Positions 36,951-51,100 of a DNA stretch of 64,000 nucleotides are shown one piece after another; the stretch's first letter is position 1, and every line of letters starts with the position of its first letter. Origin of the DNA: Stegostoma tigrinum (taxonomy: Eukaryota); assembly GCF_030684315.1 (NCBI RefSeq), contig NC_081354.1:53968259-54032258 (forward strand), given 5' to 3'. A program made the position numbers and the translations under genes. Under the pieces are notes generated by a model. It had not been told where the DNA came from. It saw nothing but the letters and a program-made list of their open reading frames with translations, and ran no database searches.

Positions 36951-38248
36951 CAGTTTATCAAGAAGTCATATGTAGTTGGGTGGTATAAAACAGGTAAAAA
37001 TTTCTGCACATCCCTAACAGAAACATGGAGGTTTGGACAAATCAAATCCTCAAAATGATGACCAGAGCTGATTTTCATGAATATCCTTATTGTTAAGGAC
37101 TGCAATTTCCTTTGTTTGCCACATGGGATTGATCAAGTGAATCTATTGGTTTCATTTCTTTTCAATTTGTTTATGGCCTAAACACTTCAATTCAGGCATG
37201 AGATGTTCATATTACTGTCTTTAAAAGATGAGCCACTGAGAGCACGTCTCAATGGTCCATACAGAGTAGTTAAAAAAGACTGGTAAATTAAGTGATCTAA
37301 TTAACATCCCAGACTGACAGGAAAAGAAGTGGCTGTGGCACATCAATGTGTTGAAGGAGAAGGAGATGCCACAACTTTATGTCAGGTAGTAAGGACAGTG
37401 GAGAATAAAAGAAAATAGGAAGAAGGCCTAAACGTTTCCCAAATCAAAACAGCTACTGTGGAGTTAGCTAACACTGTTCTATTAAACAGGTTAGATGCCA
37501 TGCTTCCATTTTTACAGGGAAAAAGAACAAATTAACCTGACAAGGTCAACTCTTGATCATCAATGAAGTGATAAAAGTTGTGACATTATCAAATGGTGCT
37601 TACCCAGCAATGACCTGCTTACTGACATTCAGTTTGGTTTGCTCCAGGGCCGTTTAGCCTCTATGTAATTCAAAGAGCTGAATTACAGAGGCGAGGTGAA
37701 AGTGACCCAGTACTGCGTACTCCCTCTAATTCTTTCTTCAGCACATGGATCTCTAAGTTTTCTGAAAGCAGCAACTTCAGAGACTTGAAACCAATGCATC
37801 GTCTTTCTGACCAACATACGTGGAACCTCAGAATGGCTGTGCAGCTTAGAGAGAGCACTGATGATTGCCTATTACATCAAGGTTCAAAACTAGCCCTAGC
37901 CAACCGGGGTCAATGGGAATCAAAGGGAAATCTGTTTGGAGTTGTAATCAGCACAAAGGAAGATGATTGTTGTTGCTGGAGTTGTTGTAGGTACAGGACA
38001 TCTTTGAAGGAGTTCTGCATTGGAGTGTCCTGGGCAAAATCATCTCAGCTGCTTCTGCAATAAACTTCACACCATCATAAAGTCAAAAATGGGGATGTTC
38101 GCTGATGATTGCATAATATTTAGCACCATTTAAGACCCTTCAGATACAGACACAGTCCATTTCCAAATGCAGCAAGATCTGGACTATATCCAGGCTTAGA
38201 TTGGTAAGGAACAAGTAACATTCACTGCCACACAATTACCAGATAATG

Positions 38249-38453
38249 ACAAAAATAGAAATTGCTGAAAAAGCTCAGCAGGTCTGGCAGCATCTGCACA
38301 GAAAAATCAGAGGTAATGTTCTGGGGCCATTGATACTTCCTCAAAATGTTAATTTTGATTTCTCATCAGAGATGCAGCCAGACCATCTGAGGTTTTCCAC
38401 CAATTTTTGACTTTGTTTCTGATTTACAGCATCCACAGATCTTTCTATTTGTG
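38249..38453. mobile_element. Second-family Penelope hairpin nested in a LINE fragment
   Basis: Same family as 44322; flanks ccagataatg / ccagacaatg. Confidence 0.68.
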
Positions 38454-38727
38454 CCAGACAATGCCCATCTCCAAACACAGAGAACCTATCCATCGTCTCT
38501 TGACATACAATGAGGCTACCAACACTGAATTCCCCGCTATCAACATGCTGGAAATTACCAATGTCCAATAGCTGAAATGGCCCAGCCGTATAAATATTGT
38601 GAGGGCAAGAGCAAGCTAGGGGCTAAGAATTCTGCAGTTACCAACTCAATTTCTCACACAAAGAAGGTCGTCCACTATCTGAAAAAAACAAGTCGAGACT
38701 GTGTTGGAATACATTTTTTTTCATTTT

Positions 38728-39020
38728 CATAGAATCCCTACAGTGTGGAAACATTCCCTTGGGCCCAACAAGTCCACACCACCCCTCAGAGCATCCCACC
38801 CAGACCCATCTCCCTTTAACCCACCTAATGTACACCTCCCTGAACACCACAGGCAATTTAGCATAGCCAATCCACCTACCCTGCTCATCTTTGGACTGTG
38901 GGAGGACACCGGAGCACCCGGGGGAAACCCGCGCAGACACGGGGAGAAGGTGCAAACTCCACACAGACAGTCGCCCGAGGGTGGAATTAAACCCGGGTCT
39001 CTGGCGCTGTGAGGCAACAG
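38728..39020 (-). mobile_element. tRNA-derived SINE (HE1-like), CpG-rich younger copy
   Basis: Same family; CpGs retained. Confidence 0.78.
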
Positions 39021-39396
39021 CGATGACAACAAAATAAGCAATTTCTCGTTACTCAAGGACACGGCCCTTCAGCTGCCACCTCATTGACTGTTAATCCTTC
39101 ACCATTTAATTCTAGCTAGTCCCATAGGCTAGTATTACAAGAAATGTTGTTGACAGCATATCTACCTAAAGAAGGTCCTTGCAGAACCTAGAGCCAGCTA
39201 TAGGTATCTCCTGCAACTGACTCCTTCTCATGAGCATTTAGAAATTGGCAAGAAATGCTGATTCAGCCAGCAATTCTTGCATCCTGTGAATGAAAAGAAA
39301 AATGGAAGGAAGTTGGTGGTGTTGAGTCAATGGCCTGGAGGAGATGGCATGCAGCAGTCAGGCAAATACAACCTCTGCAGTAGTTGCTCACCAGGG

Positions 39397-39745
39397 GAGA
39401 GGATGGCCTCGTGACATTGTTGCTGGACTGTTAATTCGGAGACCCAGGTAATGTTCTAGTCTGCTGTGTTTGAATCCCACCATGGCAGATGTTAGAAACT
39501 GAATTCAATAAAGAATCACAAATTAGAGTCGAGTGATGACCATGAATCCATTGTCGATTGCCAGAAAATTCCATCTGGTTCACTCATGTCCTTCAGGGAA
39601 GGAAACTGCCATCCTTACCTGGTCTGGCCTACATGTGGCTCCATAACCACAGCAATGTGGTTGACTCTTAACCACCTTCTGGGCAATTAGGGATGGGCAA
39701 TAAATATTAGCCTGGATATAAATGCCCTCATCCTCCAACTGAATT
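39397..39745 (+). mobile_element. Second tRNA-derived SINE family copy
   Basis: Aligns by eye with 18637-18985. Confidence 0.65.
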
Positions 39746-40761
39746 TAGAAGAAAACCTTGTTTCCGACACTGGGGCAGATGGACTATTGTGGACTTTCCA
39801 TAGGAGGAAATACTCATTGTTACTGTGTAATAAAGGGTACTAAAGGGGTACACTGAATTACTGCAAACATGGAGAGGGACAACAAGAGAACCATGGATAT
39901 GTAGATTCATTGCACCATCAACTATCAATATTCTATAATAACTATTATACTATAATTACTATTATTTTTAGCTAAATTCATTCATTCACTCATACATTTA
40001 TGGGTCAGGGAATGCCACCATTGCCAAGGACTTTTGCCCATCTACCTGCTCTCATACCACAAATCTATCAAGATTCCAGCAAGATGATCTGTTCAGCACA
40101 AACGCGCAGAGGCTCAAGTGACAATTCACATTTATGTGCTGCAGCTAAGGGGTGAGACCTGCCACATAGCTGTACAATTGTGTGGAACCATGTATGTTCA
40201 AGCTGCTCCTGAATATGCACACATCATGCATGAATCGCACCTTTAGATTCAAAGATATTGAAGCATCCTCTCCCTGTCTGCTTTGCGTATCAGGCTGGCA
40301 TTACTTACGGTTTAGGAGTTCCTCGAACTGCGAAGAGGTGGCCCAGTCTGGGTGTGGTGTTGAGAGGTGATGATTTGGAATGTAAAAGAGCCAGCCATGG
40401 ACATAGCCAGGATACCTGTCTGACCATATCAAATTGTGATGAAGGTGCTGGTAAAGGAATCTTGGAACAAGATCTTAGTGGAGGTTTACTGAGCACAATG
40501 GGGCATTGACATGGTCAGGAGTCTGAGAATTGGGTTGTATGATGTGAAATGTGTGAGCATGGTCAAAGGTAATGGTGTACCTCAGAGAATACTCACAGAA
40601 TGTGAAAGCTGTGTTGAAAACACCCATTTTTGTGTTCTACACCAGTCCCAGCTCTTCTCTCTCACTCATCTGATCCAGATCATTCTTCGGTTATCAGGAG
40701 CACGAGGGAATATCCAAGGAGGCAGCATCACCTCTAGCTAATCCACTCTGCCAACTCCCAC

Positions 40762-41397
40762 ATGTGACGATGCTGTCACTTTGAAAGATTATTTTGTCAG
40801 TTTTTTTGAAGAGAGTTTGTACAGATGTACAAAACTGGCTACTGAAGACAGCTTAAGTAAACAGCTCATGAGGCCTTTGGGTTTTTTTTAACAGCCTGAA
40901 TGGGTGTGGCCAGCTCTCACCGATCCAGATTTCTGGGTTTCGTGTTTTTTTCAGTCGCATCAGAAGCTGTTTAGGATCTCAGATGAGTTGGCAGCTTCAG
41001 TAAGTGACTACTAGCTGCTATTTCCTCTGAAATTTCTCTTGATGTTTTTTCCTCCTGGATTGCAGAACTGCACATAAGAATCTGTGTCTGAATTTGCCTT
41101 TTTGCCAAAGGTGTGTTTATGGGATGTTACTATTTTGGAACAGTTACTTAGTAGTACATAATGTATCTATTATTTGGTTAAGTTTTCCAATGGCTATGTT
41201 TTTCTAAATTCCTGCTTCTTTTGTTTGTATTTTAACTGTAGTGTTTAAATACATTGTGTTTTGCTTAACTTCGAATAATTTGACCAGCTGCATCAGATCT
41301 AGAAAAAGCACTTCTTATATATCTTTAATATAAGAAAATGTTAAGGTCTAGGCTATCTCCTTAAAATATTTTGAGGAGGTCTGGTCTGGTCCATAAT
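40762..41397. mobile_element. Possible solo LTR
   Basis: About 635-nt T-rich block bounded by tgtgac...ccataata with caca/gaca flanks; no coding sequence; weak call. Confidence 0.3.
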
Positions 41398-41586
41398 AGA
41401 CACAAGCACATTAAAAGGATGCTACACCCAGTGCGAGTTGGTGGTACCACCTCAGAGTGAAGAAGTGGGTATATGAGTCATGGATATCTGGGCAAAGGCT
41501 TCTTCAGAGATTTAGAGGAGAGTCACAATTGGTAAGGAATATAGAACCTTCAGAGTCACCTTTTGTGGCGCAGTATTTACTGTAAC

Positions 41587-41592
41587 TTTATT
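41587..41592 (-). terminator. Putative FGG polyadenylation signal
   Basis: First canonical AATAAA I found on the - strand downstream of the stop (about 400 nt). Confidence 0.4.
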
Positions 41593-41992
41593 GATAAAAG
41601 CACCCAAAGAAATTACAAAATTGCTAGACATAGGAAAAGTGCAGGTGAATCAGCTAATAAAGATAAATGGAAACGATTCAAGGATTTGGTGCTTCTCAGG
41701 TACAGGATGTCCTCTAAGGAAACAAAATTATCAATTCAGGGAATCTGGGTTAAAAGTAACTCATGCCTTCATTCGCACTAGACACACATGACAACAGAGT
41801 TGTGGTAATCAAAAGAGCGAAGTTAGGGTTTTGCATTGGAATCGGTCCTTTACTGTGGTCTCTGTCAGTTTGGCGTTAGCATATGGCAAGTTCATTTCTG
41901 TTTTGAACTTTTACAGCTTAAAAACATTCACAATATAATGAACTGGAAGTCAAATTATATGAATGCATTGGTGATGATTTTGTTTGAATTAA

Positions 41993-42171
41993 TTAGTAAT
42001 CGCCTCTTCGTGATTCAGACTGCTCTATCTGTCCCATCCTTTGTAATTCATTGTATTTTGTTGCTGGGATGATTTTCATTGTGGTCTCTTTCAGGGAGTA
42101 CCAGCGACTGTGCCACGTTGCCCAAATAATACCATTGTCAAACCCATAGTCCGATGCTGTGTAATTGCCAC
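41993..42171 (-). CDS. FGG: FGG exon 9 (terminal)
   Basis: [59 protein letters not shown]. Confidence 0.93.
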
Positions 42172-45100
42172 CTGAAACAAAGGCAAATAAATTTTATTTC
42201 ATTGCAGTGGGAATGTCACGAAAACACAGTGAATCACAAAATATCGCTCTGGTTTTCTTTCCACCATTTCTCCTCAGAAAGTGCGAATCATTTATAGAAA
42301 GTAACCAAATCAATTCAAAAAGAATTCAGGAAAAACATTTCTGCCCAGAGAGCGGCCAGGATTGAAACCACCATGTAGAGGAAATTAGCATAAATATACT
42401 TGAGTGGTTTTGGGACTGGAGTAGAGAGATGTTGAATCACAATTGATCCTTCCCACTTTCCATCCCCTTCATAAGCAGCAGAAATCTGGGCTGATTTGTC
42501 CCCTCCAATCTCATAACTATTCACTTCAGTTGTGACACTCACTTCTGTCCTGGCTGAGGTCAGTCCCTGACACACATGGGAGACTGAATGGTAGAAATTC
42601 CTCTTGTGCACATTTGCACAGTTCATGAAGGTGGTGGCTTAGGGCCAACCTTCTCTCAAAGTGGTGAAATAAATCTGGACGTTTTTCACCTCCTCCCCAA
42701 GGTTTGGCCTGGATTGCTGAGAGTGATTTTCAGCAGCGATCTGCCTGTTCTCACTTCCAAATGAACAGGTGGGCTCGAGAATTTGAAGGTGCTCCTTAGT
42801 TGACCCCATTGATTGCCAAGGCCCACTTTGACTAATTGAACAGATTGTCTACCTCCTGCCACCAGGGTGCTGTTTAATTCAGCAAATTGCAAATAAAGTC
42901 CCTGACTACAATTTTAGTGTATAAATAGGCATGTTTTTTTTTGTGTACACTCTGCCCATTTGTACCACAGGTTTAGTGGCTGAAAATTGGCCAGTAACGA
43001 GCTAAGGAAATTATTCAAGCAATTTCTGTGAGAGCGTTTGTCCTGGGCACCAATAAAAAAAATTCATCCTGCTGCGAGGCACCTCCCACCTTGCATCCTT
43101 GGATCACTTCTCCTGTCAGGAATGACAAATGCACAAACAATTCGAATCTCTATCCTAACCACAACTGCCGAGCAGCAGGCAAGTGCCTGTTTGTGTACCC
43201 TTCTGCTAGATGGGCTATAAGCTTCTCCACAGGAGTTGGGAGGTCATGTTGCAGTTGTATAGGATATTGGTTAGGACAGTTCTGGAATAGTGCGTGCAAT
43301 TCCGCTCTCCCTACTAAAGGAAAGATGTTGTTAAACTAGAAAGGATTCAGAAAAGATTTATGAGGATGTTGCCAAGGTTGGGTTGTTTGGCCTATATGGA
43401 GAGGCTGAATAGGATGGGGCTATTTTCTCTGGAATGTCATAGGCTGAGGGGTGACCTTACAGAGGTTTATAAAATCATGAGGGGTATGGCTTGGGTGAAT
43501 AGCCAAGGTCTTTTCCTTGGGGTTGGGGGTCCAAAACTAGAGGGCATAAGTTTAAGATGAAGGGGGAAAGATTTAAAAGAGGCCTAAGGGGCAACATTCT
43601 CACACAGAGGGTGGTGCGTGTAAGGGATGAACTGCCAGCAGAAGTAATGAAGGCTGGTACAATTACAACATTTAAAAGGCATTTGTTTGAGCATATGAAT
43701 AGGAAGGGTTTAGAGGGATTTGGGCAAAATGCTGGCAAATGGTACAGGATTAATTTAGGACATCTGGTCAGCATGGACAAGTTGGACCAAAGAGTCTGTT
43801 TCCATGCTGTACAGCTCTATGTCTCTACGATTTTTGCGGTTACCATCCTTTGCTGTTAACTTTACAAATGCTTATAACAGAATATGTCTTGTTGTTAATT
43901 TTGTTCCTTCAGGTTCATGTAGGAATAGTATAAGGACCCTCATTTAATGCTCTGCCTGCGAACCAAAAGTGTGCATTGATTGCAATCACAGATTATCTGT
44001 AATTCAGAATTCAACCAAAGAGCTTCAACTGGGGCACATAGTTGCTGTATTGTACAGACTGCCAGGATATGAGTGCGATATGCCAATAAGCCTCTGTCTG
44101 TTCCTTTCCCGAACAAAACAGTGGCAATGGCACAACATTTTAATGAAAAGTTGTTGACCTGAAATATTAGCTCAGTTTCCCTCTTTGCCAACACTGCCTG
44201 ACTATTTCCAGCATTTTCTGGTCCTATTTCAGATTTCCATCGTCTGCAGTGTTCTGCTTTAGCAGTTTATTTCTTTAGCCTCTGTAATGAATTGCTGTTT
44301 GGTCAATTTCATAGGAAATGTTCAGCAGGTCTGGCAGCATCTGTGAAGGAGAAAACAGAGTTAACATTTTGGGTCCAGTGACTCTTCCTCAGAACGTTAA
44401 CTCTGTTTTCTCCTTCACAGATGCTGCCAGACCTGCTGAGCTTTTCCAGCAACTTTGTTTTTGTTCCTGATTTACAGCATCCGCAGTTCTTTTGGTTTTC
44501 ATAGGAAATGTGTTTGAGCATTGTTCACAAAAATATACAGTGGATGAGAAGTTTTACCTTTGTGATATATGCCATTAAGATTTCCTGCATGACATTTGTT
44601 CATCCACCAGCCGCTTTGATCTTGTTCAGCACAGTTGCCTTCATACTTATCATTATCAAAGTCACTTGTGCTAAACTGCATAAAGTTGTGTGATGTATAG
44701 AATCTATCACTGGGATCATCTCCAAAGTCAAAACCAGCAAAGGCATCTCCAGCATCTCCTCCCAGGAACATGCCATAACGCAATCGATATTTGTCCTCCT
44801 CACTTCCCACTTTAAAATCCAAATATTTAGCATGTCTGGAGGGAAAGAGAAATTAGTCAACACTCATCCAATGCAGTAACAATCCTTTGCCCTTCTGTAG
44901 TATAAACATAGCAGAATCAAGCTTCACACCCCAGGCATCAATAGCCCACTACATATTTGGTGCAGTGAGGAGCTGAAAGGATACATGTGCTGTGAAAATG
45001 TAAACGCAAAGTTGAAAGGCCTGCATCTAATAGGACTCTCAGCCAGTTGACTTTTGCACTGGAAAAATTGGATCTTCTGGGAAAAAGATGTTCCAGACCA

Positions 45101-48100
45101 AAGATGGGCAGGTTCGGTGGATTGGCCATGGTAAATGTGGGGATAGGGTAGGGGTCTCGGTCTGGGTTTGGAAGGCCAGTACATACTTGATGGGCTTAAT
45201 GGCTTCTTTTTGCACAGTATGGATTCTAAGATTCTATGAAAATGAGAACTCACTGTTCAAAGTGTGTGGTATTCTTAATTCTGTGATAATGTCTCTGTGT
45301 TGTTCTCAGAGATGGTAAGGGTATTTAATCTGGCAGTGTGTGAGCAATCTACCTCTTCCCCACCTTCAGTCTGTGATCGGACTTTCAGTCCAGCCATTGA
45401 TATTTGAGACTTTTGTGTGGCCAATGAGCCCAAAAGCAGGTAAGGCTTTTAAGACTCTGAGAAAATGACAAGTAAACCTCTGCAAGCTGTTTGTAATATT
45501 CTAGAGTCAGAAGTCACACGACACCAGGTTATAGTGCAACAAGTTTATTTGGAATCATGCAAGCTTTCGCAGCGCAGAGCTCCAAAATAAACTGATTCCA
45601 AATAAACCTGTTGCACTGTAACCTGGTGTCATGTGACTTTGTCCACCCTAGTCCAACACCAGCACCTCTACATAATAACGCAGAGGTGATATTCCAGAGG
45701 TGACGGTGGGTACAGGTGGGGAATTCTTGTTTAAAGACCTTCAGTACCTGATGGAGGTACCCAGCATCTCCCAGAAGGGAGAGGAGTTGTGGAGAGTTAA
45801 ACTGTCCCATTGTTACCCACACTGCTCCTCTCTCCCCAAATGTGGCTTTTCTCTGGCCTTGATGGCTCCTTGACCTGAAGCTCAGGCAGTTGCTGTAATC
45901 CCTGGTCTCTGATTGGCTAGTAACTGTTGGTGGGTGGAATTTTCATCTGTGGTGCCTTTGATTCAGAGAAGGTCTGCCAGTCACTAAAAAAAATTCCAGC
46001 ACAACAATTTATACCTAGTGGGAACACACAGCGAAGAAAATGCAGGTCTCTCACTGGCTAACAGGCAAGACCACCCCACCACTTCCATTTAGAGTCTGCT
46101 CATTGCGCAGTTTTTCAACGCTATTGAATTGGTAACGGGTCTGCTCATTGTTGCACTGAAGCAAAGTGAGAACGGCAGACAAAGCTGAGGCACATCACAC
46201 TTATGCCATTCAACTGCCATTTTAAAAAAATTCAATCATAGGATGTAGGCACCACTGGCTAGGTCAACATTTATTGCCAATCCCTAATTGCCCAGAGGGC
46301 AGTTGAGAGCCAACCATATTGCTGTGGGCCAGACTGAGTAAGGATGGCACTAAAGTGCATTGGTAAGCCAGATGAGTTTTTCATGACAATCAACAATAGC
46401 TTAATGGGCACCATTGTACAATTAATTCCACTTTTTTTTTGAAATCAAATTCCATCATCGGCTGTGGCAGGATTTGGACCAGGCTTCCCAGAACATTACC
46501 TATTGCCTTCCCTGAGAGGAAGAGACCATCTCCCCTTAATGTTCAATGATGTTACCATTACTGAATCCTGCACTATCAATTCCCTGGGCATTACCATTGA
46601 CCAGAAAATTAACTGGACTGGGCAAATAAGTACTTCAAGAGCAGGGGCAGTGGATGAGATTCCTACTATGTGCAACTCACTTCCTGATTGTTCAACATCT
46701 GTGCACCATCTACAAGGCAGAAGTCAGAAGTGTGATAGAATACTCCCATTTGCCTGGTTGAGTGCAGCTCGACCAACACTATTGGAGCTCAGCATGAGCC
46801 CAATATAAGCAGCCTGCTTGGTTGGCTCCACAATCACCAACATCCACTCCCCCCAACATCAATGAATATTGGCATCAGTGTGTACCATCTATGAGATGCT
46901 TTGCAGCAACTCGCCAAGGCTGCTTTGACACCACTTTCCAAACCCATGATTTCTACTAGGAGAAGGGCAGCTGATGCATGGAAATATTACTACCTGCAAG
47001 TTTCCCTCTCAGTGACTCACTATACTGACTCAGAAATATGCTGTTTTTACTGTCACTGGGTCAAAACATTGGAGTTCTCTTCCCAGCAGCATTATGAGCA
47101 TACAAAAGCAACAGCTGTCCCAGAAATAGCTGATCAGCAACCTCTCAAGGGCAATATGATCTGACTGAGCTAGCAACACTCATTGCCCATGAAAGATTTT
47201 TAAAAATATATCATAGTATTTATATTCAGACTATTGTATTGGTGCTGTGGATTGTTGATGTATTTGAGTGGAGGATGCTAGAGGGCAGAAGAGAAAGTAA
47301 CAGTTGGAGTGATCTCTTGTCACTTGCAATGAGCTGTTAATGTGATTGACAGTGCAGTTCTGGAAAAGGCCCAAGAGAGCCAAGTTGATTAAAGAATGAT
47401 AACATGAGAATGGACCAGACAGAAGGAGTTCAGACTGAGAGTAACCTCAACTCAAGCCAGTGAAATAAAATTGTATAGCAGTTTCAACAATGCTAAAAAA
47501 TCCACAAAAAAACCCACAATATTTGGCACTTCAACAAATGATTGTTACGTTTAACTACTATTGTTGAGTGAGTTTTTTTTAATCCTTATGAATTGTACCA
47601 GGTATTTTTTTTTGCTTGCAACGATAAATCAATGATTACCTCCGTTGACCTGACCAGTCCACCAGGTCTATTTGGAGTACAAGCTGTTTATTGGTCTGTG
47701 TAGTTAGTAAATGTATTTTCTCATTCCCAATCCAGAACTCTGCGTTCCCACCAGGTGACAAGTATCCAAACCCTTCCTTATATGGAATCCAGTTTCTGTT
47801 AAATTTCACACTGCCGTCAAGTCGCTGAAAAAAATTAGAGAAGCATTGCCTGATCATGCCTTGCACCAAATTGAGAAAGGTTTGTTTGTCAATAACATCA
47901 ACATGGTGTGACATACCCTTTGGATCACTGTCCAGCCTCTCCCTAATTCATCAATCTCACAATAAACTAGGAACTGCTGCCGAGCTTTCTCTGGTTTGAT
48001 GTAGTACAGGCCACTTGTTGTAGCACCTTTGTCAGCAATCTCTTGACAGTCTGAATAGGATCAGATTACAGAGCTTGTAACTGAACCACATTTAGTGTAA

Positions 48101-51100
48101 CATTTTGTCAAACAGCTCAATTTTTCAGAGTTGGAACACTCCGAAATTAATCATTGTTAATAAGCCTACCAACTTATCATTAACATAATATAACTGAGGT
48201 GCTTCAAAGAACTATTATCAGAAAATATTTAACCTTATGTCACACGTAGAAATTTTAGGCCAAAGAGGTCATTAAAAGTATGTGTTTAAAAAGGAAACAA
48301 AAAAGTAAGATAGTGAGGAAATTTCAGGGCTTAGAACTGAAAGCACAATGATCAATAATTAGATTAGATTACCTACAGTGTAGAAACATGCCCTTTGGCC
48401 CAATAAGTCCACACTACCCCTTGAAGCATCTCACCCCCCTATACACTATGGGCAATTTAGCATGGAGAATCCACCTAGACTGCACATCTTTGGACTGTGG
48501 GAAGAAACTGGAACACCCAGAGAAAACCCACACAGACACAGGGAGAATGTGCAAACTCTGCACAGACAGTTGCCTGAGGCTGGAATTGAACCCAGGTCCC
48601 TGATGCTGTGAGGCTGCAGTGCTAACTACTGAACCACTGTGCCACCCCATAATATGGCAAAGGAAATTGGGAATTCAAAAGAGGACGGAACTGGAGGAAT
48701 GCAGAATTCTCAGGTTACAGGACTGGAGGAGATAAAGGAAGGTGAGACCATGATTTGACTTGCGCACAAAGATGAAAATTTTAAACTTTAACCATATGCT
48801 GAAAGTAGAACCAAGTTATGTTGGTGAGTCAACTGATAGTGAATAAAAGGGATTTGTTGAAAGTTAAGATGACAAAACTTTAAACTACCCAACTGAAGAG
48901 AGTCACTATTGAACAGGGGATGCTAACCTTGCCCTGTGATTTCATTTATTTGAACAGTGTCACGGCATGGCTCACTGCACCTGTCCTGAAGTTGTTGGGT
49001 TATCCTCTTTAAATCAATGATAATTTCATTGTTCGATACTAAAAGCTGTTCCAAATCTCTGTAGAAAAATAAAAGACCACTGCATGATCATCTCTCGAAA
49101 AAAAACAATAAAATTAACAATAATGACAGGATCTTAACAAATCAAAACAAAAATTGAAATTTAGATAAAATTAAAAGACGGGTTATCATTTCTGACAGAC
49201 TTTTGGTAGAACTCTTTCATGCCTTTCTGAATCCTGGAAATGGAAGTTAATTCTTGAAGCGAGCATTGAGAGCTTGCAGGGAGCTCTGGTTGAAAAATTC
49301 TTGCTTGGCTTTTTGATTTTCCATTCGTTATCAGCATCAGACCTCATTGGGCTTGCCCATTTTGACAATCCACCTCAGGATCTTCTCAGTTTAGACAGGT
49401 TTGGAGTCAGATGGGGAAGAGCCTAATCATTCCATTTGTTTCAGAGCCATAATGTCCATGTCATTGAGGCCCACAGCTCAGAAAATAGAAAGGCTCTTTG
49501 GTCCATCAAGTCTGTGCCAATCAAAAGCAACCAGCAAACTATGTGCTTTACTGAACACTTCTCAATATGACGTGCATACCCTCGTAAAACTAAAAAACTG
49601 TAATATAGTTTGGCTCTGAATGGTTTAAATTATACAAGCTCAGTGGGATATAAGTTTCTAGCTTTAGAATGTAAATCGGTTAAGACTGCACACAGACAAC
49701 TTTACCTGATGGGTGCCCCTGTGAGGCTGCCTTAGATCTGCTGGTTTCCAGATGTGGCAGTGCCAGTGTTGGACTGGAACGGACAAGGTCTCCAGATGGT
49801 CACAGGCTGTACCTATCCCAGAGGATACTTAAGGGACCCCTCACAAAAACATTGATGTACTGACTCTGTTGTAATTGCCTGCAAAGTTTAAACTACCATG
49901 TACAATTCCCGGTTTCTTGAAACATATAGAAAAGAATCTCTGATGTTGACTTAGAAACATTGAAATAAGAAGCAGGTGTAGGCCATTTGGTCCACAGAGT
50001 CATTTCTGCTGTTTAAAATGATCATGGTTGATCCTCTATCTCAACGTCATCCTCCCACTCTATCCACATGCCCCTTGACACCTTTAATGTCTAGAAATCT
50101 ATTTCTTTCTTGAATATGTTCACTGACTTTGTCGCTACAGTCATCTGTGGTAGAAAATTCCACCAGCCTCCAAGTTAGGAGATTTCTCCTCATCTCTGGT
50201 CGACATTGTCTACTTTGTATCTTGAGACCATACAAGGACACCCAAGTCCAATCTATCACTAATTAAATAACACTCCACTGTGTCTTTTCCGACTGAAGTG
50301 GACAACTTCATATTTATACACATTGTACTGCATCTGTCATGTGTTTGCGCTCACCCAACTTGTCTAATTTACCACCAAACCTCTTTGCATCTTCTACCAC
50401 TGACTTTTCTGTCATCTGCGAACTTGAAAATAATCTACTTGGTTGTCTCACCCAAATCATTGACTTTTGTTGAATAGCTGGGCCCCAATCACTGATCCCT
50501 GCAGGCTATCGATTGTAAAAGCCTTCCACTACAAAGCTGACCCATTACTTCCTACTCTTTGTGTTCTCACTGCTAACCATTTCCTAATGCATGACAGTAT
50601 ATTACCACCGATCCACTATGCTTTGACTTCACACATACCCTCTAATGTCAAACTTTCCAAAAAGCCAAACACACTACATCCAAGGAGTTTTCCTCATCTA
50701 TCCTACTAGTTATGTCCTCAAATAGGTTTCTTAAATATGATTTCCCCTCGATAGGCCTATGTTGGTTTTCTGTAATATGACTGGTAAGAAGACAGTGAGA
50801 AAAGAGCTCAGTCTGAGACTGGTACAGTTAAGAAGAGGATTAAGTCAAATAGTCAGGGCAGGCAGGAACAAAGCAGAAAACGAGGTAGGGCTGATATATT
50901 AAACAACATTTATTTCAATGCAAGATGCCTAACAGGTAAGGCAGATGAACACAGGGCATGGCTAGAAACATGGGACTGTGATATCATAGCAATTAGGGAA
51001 ACATGGCTCAGGGATGGACAGGCCTGGCAGGTAAATGTTCCAGGGTATAGATACTATAGGAAGGATAGAACGGGGGACAAAAGAGGAGGGTAAGTGGCGT

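Noticed and set aside
31300-41500. A second FGA copy or an alternative GPR-encoding exon between FGA and FGG, or in FGA intron 1
   Set aside because: Manual reading found only repeats and no CPSGC- or RGPR-coding exon; this was not an exhaustive computational search.
41400-41990. Mammalian-type FGG exon 10 (AGDV)
   Set aside because: Exon 9 already ends in RGDY-stop and has no strong internal donor; no matching downstream exon was seen.
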